Of a stretch of 64,000 nucleotides of DNA, positions 37,039 through 46,759 are shown piece by piece. Below the pieces are notes generated by a model. That model was given only the letters and a program-made list of their open reading frames with translations. It did no database searches and was not told the DNA's origin. How positions within the stretch are numbered: position 1 is the first letter of the stretch; every line of letters begins with the position of its first letter. Where the stretch lies: the NCBI RefSeq assembly GCF_003704095.1, contig NW_020847747.1, positions 62,001 through 126,000 on the forward strand, in the 5' to 3' direction. Source of the stretch: Pocillopora damicornis (Eukaryota). Position numbers and translations under genes: made by a program.

Positions 37039-37965
37039 TTATCCTTGGTTTTGATGGATCAATTCATCCGAAGCACAAATAATTGTGTCAATAACAACCT
37101 TTGAACCGGATTTCTCTGCTGCTTTCCGCTGATGTGTTCGCAAATTTGATAACTGGTTAAAAAACTTGTCACAATGGTCACATTTATATGGCTTCTCTCC
37201 AGTATGAACTCGGAGGTGTGTCTGTAAATTTGACCCGCGATTAAAACACTTGTTACAAAAACTACACTGAAAGGGCTTTTCTCCTGAGTGTATTCGCTGA
37301 TGTCTTCGCATTGTGGACCCGGTCTTGAAAGTCTTTTCACATTGATCGCACTTGTAAATTCTGCTTCCACGATGTTTCATTTCGTGCAGTTCCAAACTCC
37401 GCGAATTCTTAAAACACTTGTTACAGCGTAGACACTGGAACGGTTTCGCTCCGGTATGTATTTCCAAATGCCTGCGTAGGCTTGAAGACTGCGTGAACTG
37501 CCTGTTGCAATGGTGACACGAAAAAGGCTTCTCGCCGCTGTGAGTACGCAAGTGAACTCGCAAATTAAGCGATTGTGTGAAACGCTTGTCACATTGAGTA
37601 CAATGATAGAGTTTTACTCCGCTGTGCATTCTTAAATGCCTTGTCAAACTCGACAAGCGGTTAAAAAGCTTATCGCACTGAGTACAACTGTATGGTTTCT
37701 CGCCGGTATGAACAACGATATGTCTTTGATAACCCGACTGAAGTTTGAACTCTTTGTCACAGTGTGGACATTTGAAGGGTTTTTCGTCGCTATGAACCAC
37801 CAGGTGCCTTTTCAAGGTGGTCGAGTGTCTGAAGCGCTTTTCACATTGATTGCACTGATATCGCTTCTCGCCAGTGTGAACCAACATATGCCTCTTCAAC
37901 CCTTGCGAGTCTTTGAAAGACTTGTCGCATTGAATACAATTGTAGTTCTTCTTGTTATTTGACAT
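37039..37965 (-). CDS. Tandem C2H2 zinc-finger protein (9 complete fingers plus 1 lacking the last His)
   Basis: ATG at 37965 (MSNNKKNY) follows a pyrimidine-rich acceptor. CxxC-x12-HxxxH units are joined by TGEKP-type linkers; no effector domain is visible. Confidence 0.92.
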   Translation of the reverse strand: MSNNKKNYNCIQCDKSFKDSQGLKRHMLVHTGEKRYQCNQCEKRFRHSTTLKRHLVVHSDEKPFKCPHCDKEFKLQSGYQRHIVVHTGEKPYSCTQCDKLFNRLSSLTRHLRMHSGVKLYHCTQCDKRFTQSLNLRVHLRTHSGEKPFSCHHCNRQFTQSSSLRRHLEIHTGAKPFQCLRCNKCFKNSRSLELHEMKHRGSRIYKCDQCEKTFKTGSTMRRHQRIHSGEKPFQCSFCNKCFNRGSNLQTHLRVHTGEKPYKCDHCDKFFNQLSNLRTHQRKAAEKSGSKVVIDTIICASDELIHQNQG

Positions 37966-38914
37966 TTTGTAATACTGGAAAGATAATCTGAAAAAAAAAC
38001 AAAAAACATACAAGATGTTGCTACCAGGAGTCTCACCCCTTATAACCAAACATCAGTATTCATAATCTCCATACTGTTCTCCATACATTTCTTTAGGTGC
38101 TGTAAGGAGAATCTGAGGAACAATCAAGAACCTCTCTAGTTGGTGATCATTTCCTTCTTTCTCATGACCTTAATTTGTAATTCAAGGGTGATATTGTATG
38201 AAGAAATTAGATCCTAATCACTCTTTGGGGTCAAAGGACATAAAAGTTCATAAGTGTTGCTGTCAACAATGTACTTGTAAGAATAGAAAGTCATAATATC
38301 TGAAAATTATTCAAACTGATTTAAGGATTTTCAGAAAAATGCAAAAAGAGGTTGAAATACGGCTATCTTGACTGGCTGAGCCTGAATGATTAAGATTTCT
38401 TATGTAACTAAGAAATGGCAACAAAATGGACAACCCCCAACAGGCATCATGGGTTCATTTTGTTCACTCAGGTAGTCAGTCAGAACTTGGGATTCACTTC
38501 ACCTTACCATCTTGTTGAGTCAACTTTACAAGCCAGATATAAAAGTCAGTTTGTGAGTTGAAAGCCCATTTGGCTTAAACCAATCCCTGTTTCAGTATTA
38601 CAAGTACCTATTAGCATGACTACAGCAGGTTACCCCTGCTCTTTTGAAGGTGTTCTCTATTTTGCTAGTACTGATAAGTACATTGGAAGAATAGGAACAC
38701 AAAGAGAGTGCAGAATATTGCCCAGGAACAAAACACAGACACTCAGCCAAGGATCAAATCTGAAACCTGCTAAAATAGTCCAGAAAGCAGTTGTAACCTT
38801 ACTTAATACATTCTGAGTGGAAGAAAAGATCACCTGCAATAGATACTATAGCAAAGGGAATGAAATATCTGTGATCAGTGACTGTGATATGGGCCTTGCT
38901 CACTACAGAGTCCT

Positions 38915-39085
38915 TGTGGCTCAGTGGAAGAGCATCGGAGTGCAGAATCTAAAGGTCTTAGAATGGATTCTTCATGGGGACTCAGTATTTTTTCTTTGTC
39001 CCATGTTCATGACAAGACAAAAAAAACATCTTTCTCTATTTCTTTAGCAACCTAAAAAAATTAGCATCTTTCTTATTCGATTTAC
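38915..39085 (+). mobile_element. tRNA-derived SINE-like element
   Basis: A-box-like TGGCTCAGTGG at 38917-38927 and a degenerate B-box. The body (TTTTTCTTTGTCCCATG...GACAAGAC...CATCTTTCTCT) is shared with the arms at 40314-40463. Confidence 0.6.
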
Positions 39086-41387
39086 AAGACAGTGATATTG
39101 TTCCTCAACAAAAATATGGTTACGTCTGATATGGATTACAAAGTTTCTATTGTGCACCTCAAGGCACCTTTAGGTGACAATGTCACACTTTTAACACAAC
39201 CTTTTGGGGTTCAATCTGACGAAGGGCTAACACTCAAAATATGGCCAATTTACATTATCAACTCAATTGATAAGACTAAAGTACCCCGTTATACTCTCCC
39301 ATTGATGCAGCACAACAGTTACTTTGGAAACTTACCCCCTTAATCTTTAGGAGTAATGACTACAAATGGTAAGATGAACAGTAATCATGACCCCCCCCCC
39401 CCCCCCCCCCCCCCCCCTTTTCACAATATCTGTGAACAAATACCTAAGTTTCATTAATTTCCTTTCCAACAAGCACAAGAGTGCCAGTTTTTCATGTCGA
39501 ACATGTTAGAGCTCGTACGCGTGACAAGATACACCTCGTTACTCCTGCTTACGAGTAGCCCAGAGGGACTGGGTACAAATAACAAAGCATAGCCAGAACT
39601 GCAAAAGCTCAGAGCGAAACGATTGCTTGGGGAAAAAAGAACCCGAAAAAATAACGTGTTAAGCAGATGTTGCAATTTTTACAGTACAAAGACTACACGA
39701 TTATCAAATGTTCAATCGATTTCGACTGTATTACAGTTGATATCAACAGTGATCGTACGCCGATCAACAGTCGAAGCTAATCATTCAATAGTTCGCTTTG
39801 GTTGTCAGATAAGTCCAAATTAAGGTCGATTTCGTTCCGATCTGTTTCTTTTTCTCTCGCAAAGTAATAATACATAAATAATATACTCAACCGGCAAATA
39901 ACGCACGGAAAACCATCAGACCTCAATTTCACATCTGACTGGCCCGTACATCTGAGCTCAAGCTCAAACTGTTACGTGATACCAAGAACGAACGAAAGTC
40001 AAAAACAGATTAAAGTTTACGTAATGGCCAAAATGAGACATTTGAGGCTGATTACTAACCTTACTCAACGCTCGAAAATCAGCTCAATCAAAACAGGAGC
40101 AAAACCTCTTCCACTGCTGAGCACGTGACCGAATCTTTGTCACGCGCATGCTTACACAGTAGAATTTCGATGATTCTCAAACGAGAGCCTGTCTCCGAGC
40201 ATTACCATTTTTTTTTTTCCAGCGGAAGGGTCAAGATAAGACACCAATGTTCACAGAACACTTTGTTTAAGCAGAACAAGAAGGATGTTAAATTTTGTGC
40301 AAGGTAATGAAATAGAGAAAGATGTTTTTTCGTCCTGTCACGAAAGTGGGACAAAGAAACAGCCCCAGACCCTCACGGGACTCGAACCCTCGTGGATTCG
40401 ATCCCTCCTGAGGATTTTTTTCCTTGCCCACGCTCGTCACAAGACGAAAAAATGTCTTTCTCTGATTATTTTTTTTGTTGTTGTTGTTGCTTTATTTGTT
40501 TGTTTGTTCTTGTTTATGCAGAGAGGGATCGAAACAGCTCATATGCAAGTTTCCCGGCTCTAATAAACTGAATTTGTTTTTGTAAACTGCTAAAGAACGT
40601 AATTCAGCGAAAGATGATAACAGTTTGAAGCAAGACACTCTACGAGCTTAAATACGATAAAATCTTTAGTAAATTTCCCTCGTCCGTACCGAACGGGAAT
40701 CAAGTATATCACAAATTTAAAACAAATAGGAATTTAAACATGATATTTTAAGAATAGGTTGAGGTTACAGGGGGAGGAGTGAATTGTTATTGAGAAAGGC
40801 CGAAGTTTGGTTGGAGATTTGTTCACTAAGGAGATCCCTTGCTAACGAAGATTTCTATTTATCGAAAAAAAAAATACCGAAACTGCCGTATAAACAATTT
40901 CAAATTGGCTAAATTCTCTTGCTAAAAGGCATTGCATCAAAAAACGTCTCCGAGTTTCATCAGTTCCTTAATGGAGCTACGAAAAGAAATGGCGCGGTAA
41001 CTTTGTTCAATGGCATTCAAAACATCTATTGAAAAAAAGAACAAAACAACCTCATTAACAGTTAAGCATCTAAACTGAAAAAATATATCCCATGCCTACA
41101 AGAAAGTTAGAAAAAAATTTCGAGACCCTATTGTTATTATTTGACTTTAGAGCTCGTTATTCCAATCAACCAAGCTGAAAAATACTTCGACGATTAAGAA
41201 ACAATAAGGTCGCATATTTTCAGTTTTTTTCCCTTTTTTTCATTCTTTTTTCTGAGGGTGGGATTTTTCCTTCTCTTCACACAAATTAACTGAAAATACC
41301 ATAGAGCGCTAAAACCTTCTAACAATCATCGTCACTCATTAAATCTAGGTGTCGTCTCTTCTAGAGTTCCAGCCATTGAAATTCTAC

Positions 41388-41747
41388 TCAACGTTCCCGA
41401 TGATTGACCAATTGATCAGTAATTGTGTTTTTTGTGGAAACGCTCGCAGTTTCCTCAAATTTCGATCCCAAAATACGTTTCTTTTTCGTCCGCTTTTCTT
41501 TCAGAAGTGCTGCAAGCTTTTTCGGATTACCTTGATTTGATGCCAGCCGCATTTGAAACTTGGGAATTGAAAAATCGCTGACTGAGATTCTGTTTGAGGA
41601 ATTCCCATGATGGCCGGGCCAAACTTCATATTCCCCGCGTGGAGGGCTTAGGAACAGAACTGTCGACAAATTATCATCTCCTTGGAGAAGGTTCGAAGAG
41701 TCTGTCTGGTTGAAACTCCAAAAGCAATCTGCTGATATTTCATTCAT
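41388..41747 (-). CDS. Hypothetical 119-aa protein with a basic, NLS-like stretch
   Basis: ATG in an AAAATG context and coding-like composition relative to the flanks; a promoter-like region with an X-box lies about 240 bp upstream. No homology recognised. Confidence 0.4.
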   Translation of the reverse strand: MNEISADCFWSFNQTDSSNLLQGDDNLSTVLFLSPPRGEYEVWPGHHGNSSNRISVSDFSIPKFQMRLASNQGNPKKLAALLKEKRTKKKRILGSKFEETASVSTKNTITDQLVNHRER

Positions 41748-41979
41748 TTTCCCAAATGCTGTTGTACGTGTTGTAAAAATATATTTTTCGTTTAACAGTT
41801 CACAACCCTTCCTGAACTGATGATCAAAACAGGATCTTCGATTAAGAAATTAATAATTTGACACATGTTCTTCTCATTTTCTTGCGTGTGATGACCAAAA
41901 ATGGAATTATTTACTTCCTATAGCAGCTTAGAAAATAGGCGAGTTTTGACATCATCCTTCAACGTACGTCACTCAGCGA

Positions 41980-41992
41980 GTTGCCAGGTAAC
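41980..41992. promoter_or_regulatory. RFX X-box
   Basis: GTTGCCAGGTAAC fits the X-box consensus GTNRCC(N0-3)RGYAAC and sits in a CpG-rich patch next to a CRE-like ACGTCA. Confidence 0.6.
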
Positions 41993-42163
41993 GGATCAGT
42001 ACGTGGTGGTCTTTATCGGCGTAGAGGTGTTGCGTATTCCGAAAAAATCATAGAACGAAACTTNNNNNNNNNNNNNNNNNNNNNNNNNNNNNNNNNNNNN
42101 NNNNNNNNNNNNNNNNNNNNNNNNNNNNNNNNNNNNNNNNNNNNNNNNNNNNNNNNNNNNNNN

Positions 42164-43201
42164 ACAACATTGAAGTCAACTGTGGACTGAGTGAAATAAA
42201 TGAACCAATAAATCACCTTCGTTAAAAATGGAAAAAAATTCACACATAACATCATCAAACACTAGGTCTTGCACATAAAGCATATCAGTTGCTCTTCTCT
42301 ACAATTTACTAAATCTCCAAGAATAAACAAAAAAATTTGGAGAAGTTTCCTATGAAAAAAGGGGATAAATCAAATTAGACTTATATTTGACAAACAGCTG
42401 GATATTCTTTTAAACTATCAAGTTTAGATNNNNNNNNNNNNNNNNNNNNNNNNNNNNNNNNNNNNNNNNNNNNNNNNNNNNNNNNNNNNNNNNNNNNNNN
42501 NNNNNNNNNNNNNNNNNNNNNNNNNNNNNNNNNNNNNNNNNNNNNNNNNNNNNNNNNNNNNNNNNNNNNNNNNNNNNNNNNNNNNNNNNNNNNNNNNNNN
42601 NNNNNNNNNNNNNNNNNNNNNNNNNNNNNNNNNNNNNNNNNNNNNNNNNNNNNNNNNNNNNNNNNNNNNNNNNNNTCCACGAGAATGGGAACCAAAATTC
42701 AAACATCTTCAGATTTCTAGGGATAGGCCTTTCAGAAGTTTTCTTTCTTTTTCCTTAAATCAATCAATACTTGTTTTTTTCTTTGGAGCATTTAAGCTGT
42801 AAAATGAACATTGTACCTGTAGATTGTTAAGTGAGGTGACATTGGTCTGTTCAGACGAGTGTTTTTGGACCAAAAGTCTTCCTGCTTTCGAGCCAAGGAC
42901 GAAGTAGTGATTGGAATACTGAAAAACATTTAAAAAATAATGTTTGCATAATAATATTAAAAAAAAGAAACAAGGAGTAAAAGCAAAGTAAATTAAAGAC
43001 ATGCTAGATGACACACACAACTATCCAATCCACTTTACCTTCGCATTAGCGCAAATGAAGGTCGATAGCACCCTTTGACTAACACTGAAGGAAGCCTGGA
43101 TGAGTTCCTAAGTAATTAAGAAACGATTTAGCAACAACAGTGACTGAAAATCGACAAACATTTAGCTCGTAGTTTGCCACAAACCTCAGAAGAGCCGCCA
43201 T
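42164..43201 (-). CDS. SDHC: Succinate dehydrogenase cytochrome b560 subunit (5' part; the rest lies in the gap 42064-42163)
   Basis: Exons 43201-43185, 43107-43039, 42918-42817 and 42186-(42164), all joined by phase-2 GT-AG introns. They give MAALLRNSSRLPSVLVKGCYRPSFALMRSIPITTSSLARKQEDFWSKNTRLNRPMSPHLTIYSPQLTSML. FW.KN...NRP.SPH.TIY.PQLTSML is the SdhC signature. Confidence 0.95.
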
Positions 43202-43500
43202 CTTGCAATACTACCGTAATGTATTATGGGAAATATAGGAATGATGAAATTTTGTGAAAATGTTTTGGAGAAGAATCCAAGAAATTTGAAAGAAATTTGG
43301 AAGATACCAATAGCCTTCAAGTATTTTGCTTCTTGACCCCTAGGAGTATTTCCTTTTTTTTTCTTAAAAAAAGCAATAATGTTTTTATTTTGTGCACTAT
43401 TGCGTGTTACCCATGAATCTTTTAGAGCCTCGAATCGTGAGAAGCCGCACGCGTTACGTAAGAGAGAGCTGGGACGGAATTAAATTAGCAAGATGGCGGC
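43194..43500. promoter_or_regulatory. Bidirectional promoter of SDHC and SDHD flanked by inverted TISU/YY1 elements
   Basis: 291 bp lie between the ATGs. GCAAGATGGCGGC covers both start codons (43194-43206 minus, 43488-43500 plus). Also present are a ZNF143-like CCTATATTTCCCATAATAC (minus, about 43221-43239) and a TTACGTAA palindrome at 43454-43461. Confidence 0.8.
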
Positions 43501-45121
43501 GATATTTTACTCTCGTCTTTGTATAAGAAACAGTGGTCGTTTAGGTCAGAACTTACCATTCTTCGAATGTAAATATACGAGAGTTTTCGTAATTGATTCT
43601 TTGTTTTCTTATCAACAGCGAGTTCACTTGCACGGCCTGCTTTTGCTTCCTCGCCTAATTCTTGCTCACCGAGAGTTCAAAGTGGTAAGTTACACAATTT
43701 TGTCAGGAGTCTGAATGCTTAGAATGAGATCTTTACTTATTTTATTTGTATGATATTTTTGTTTTTTAGTGGTTTTCAAAAAGACAGTGCATTCCTCGGC
43801 AAATCGCAAAGCTGAGCTTGGTAAGTAAGAGAAAAGTTTTCGTGTACATTTTGTAGTGAAAATTTAAGATTTAACTCTTGTACAATGTTGTTATCATAAC
43901 AGAGGATAGGTAAGAAGTCTGAAATTGCTTCTTCAATAGCTAATTTTAAAAAAAATCTAAAAATATAGAGTAAAATAAGAGTTTATTCCCGATTTAAAAA
44001 ATTGCTGCTGTATTTTATTAAAGTGGGTATTCTGAGTATCATGTCAATTAATTAATATTCACTGACTGAAATAATTGTTTTAGTATTTACTAAGACGATT
44101 ATTGTTACAACCACTGAGCTATCAGAGAAACCAGACAAAATGTGCAGAGACAATATTCTTTTTTTTACCCTTATCAGAAATTTCCCCATCACAGCCATCA
44201 GCCCATTGGAAGGGAGAGCGCTATGTCAGTGTGGCACTGCTGACATTGATTCCTGCAGGAATCATTTACCCATCAGCTGTTGTGGACTGGGCTCTAGCAG
44301 TTGTTGTTCCTCTTCATAACCACTGGTAAGTCATCTGATCAGTAGTTCCTGTTTCCATAGCTCACTCTAGGTGAATCAATCATAGCCTTTGAAACTTCTG
44401 ATCAAGTATTGATATGTCCAAGCCTCTAGCACAGGAAATTTTTCTCACAAATTATTTGCTTTCAAAAATATTCCTTTCAATATGGAGTACCTTGACAATT
44501 TACATTCTCCATCAATTTATTGAAAAACTTTGAAAATTGTTAACTTAGAGAGTATTTGAATAACAATCTGTCTCAAAAATATTGCCAATGTGGCCAGAGA
44601 GAACTAAACTGCAAACAGCAGTTGTACTAGCTTGCGGTCTGATGTTGGCTTGCTGCAGTGTCCTGAACTTTATTATGATTGGTCAGTAAGCAGTTGATGT
44701 TACAAAATAAAATCAAAGTGTTCATGGTTTATCAATATTGTAGTGTCATGACAAGGAGTGGACTTTGAACTTTGAACGAGATCAGAAGACTTTTTGTAAT
44801 AGACAGGATTCCTTTGTGCTATCAAGAGTTTTAGTATATGTTTTGAAAAAAAGTTAAAAAACCAAGAGATTGTGAGGTCCTTTGTTGGTGTCAGCTAATT
44901 TCTGACAATCTCCATTATTCTGGACCTTAGCATAATATTCTTTATCAATCCACAGGGGTGTAGGCCAAGTGTTAACTGACTACATTCATGGTTCATCTAT
45001 GCCAAAAGTGGCCAAGGGAATTTGGCTGGCTGTGTCAATCTTACAGTTTATTGGCCTGTGTTATTTCAATTATGCTGATGTTGGAATCTGCAAAGCTGTC
45101 AGTATGATTTGGCATATGTAA
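43493..45121 (+). CDS. SDHD: Succinate dehydrogenase cytochrome b small subunit (CybS)
   Basis: Exons 43493-43544, 43619-43684, 43770-43820, 44178-44325 ([15 protein letters not shown]...LHNHW) and 44956-45121 ([12 protein letters not shown]...[19 protein letters not shown]). The haem His and the quinone-site DY motif are present. Confidence 0.96.
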
Positions 45122-45145
45122 CAACTGATATAGATTGTAAAGTTT

Positions 45146-45282
45146 GGATTAATGTCAGTATCTAAGCAACTGAACACCTACCCCTCCGTAACCCAATATT
45201 AACCCTAACTTTTCATCAGTTGACTGTTTAAGGTTATAGGGGAGGGGTAGGTACACAGGTTCTCAGTTACAGACATTGATCC
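45146..45282. repeat. Palindromic MITE immediately after the SDHD stop codon
   Basis: GGATTAATGTCAGTATCTAAG...ACCTACCCCTCC pairs with GGAGGGGTAGGT...CTCAGTTACAGACATTGATCC. Confidence 0.7.
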
Positions 45283-46759
45283 TAAAGTTGAATATTTTTT
45301 CATTTGATCTGATATGGATGACATGGTTGAATTTCATGTTCATGGACACCCTTCCTTTTAGGAAGGGTATTTACATAAATAAGTTGTTAAAGTGCTGTTA
45401 TGGTCACATCTTATGGTGATCCACTACTTACCAAGGTCTGTATCAGATTATCAAAATCCAGAATTGTACAATACTTTTCTTTGTAACTAACAGCAGTCTA
45501 GGAGGATTTGAGGGAGTTCATCAAGCTTTAAAGATGGGAAATTCTTCAGCTTCTATGGAGAATTCTCTGGCGAAATTGTGATGGCCTAAGCTAGTTTTTA
45601 TTCAGACTTGGAGATCTTATTACCCTTTTAAAGCCTAAGAATGACCAGCATCTTATTTCTCCTTACAGTCATACAGAGATAACTGTAAGCATTGACTGAT
45701 TAGTCTGTTTGTGACAATCAAGTTTTATTCAAAGCCAGATGGCTGTTTTTTTTTATGCAATGATACTTAAAGTCAATCAAAGTCATAACTACTGACTGTA
45801 AGATGCTGACCAAGATCCTTCATCTCTATCGCAAAAATAGTTCTAAAAAGTCATCTCTATATTGCGGTATTAGCCAGAAAATGCATTCTCTATGGCTTTA
45901 GGTCTTGTTACAGCCCATAATATTCACACATGATTAGCACAGGCAAGTTGAGAATTGATAGCTTTTTTTTACAGCTGGAGCTTTCCATAGTTATTGAATT
46001 TTCAGTATGCTTAAATAAGTAACTCAGAGCAGCAAAATAAGGAGTGATTAATATTGGGGTGCAGCAATATTTAACAGAAATTAATAAATTCTGTAGTTTT
46101 GTTGTAAGCATATGATTGTGAAATTTCAACTTGCAAGGGCTCAAACCTCCTTGGAGACTCGACTCTGATGTTTTTCCCTGCTCCCACTTTCTCCACAAAT
46201 GTCAAACTTTTTTCTCCTATATGACCAAGTTCAAAATTTAAGATCTTCTTAATCAGAAATTCCAAAGGAAGAAGTCCAAGAAATTCATATTTTCCTCAAA
46301 AAAAAGTCAACGGGTTATCCCTCTCCGCGTCTTTCATTCGTCAGTTTCGTGGACCCCATAGTCATAAAAAACGCTCCCGTCTCCCTCTCCTACAGTGGAT
46401 TCTTTTATTTCCTTAGTCTCCAAGCCTGCCTGAAAATTACCTGGTTACCAAGACCTGCACCTGTTCTTCCACGGCTCGTCATGTAAAAATTTACTTCCTT
46501 TAAAACAAAAGATCAAGTGATCAGACGGTAGCGAGGTTTTACTATGATATGGTTCTTAAGAATGAAAAGGAATTCCCGCGGTAGTATTGTTAAATTGTGG
46601 TGAAATCGAAGACGTAGAGGTAAAGAAAATTGTCGCTACGCGCGAACCTTGATCGAGTGGGTGATTCTTCACATAACCGTGAAATGATCTGTTACTGCAT
46701 TGTGGCATAACTTCAAAAGGAAATAAAATAAGATAGACAAACTTCTGTGATAAACCAGC

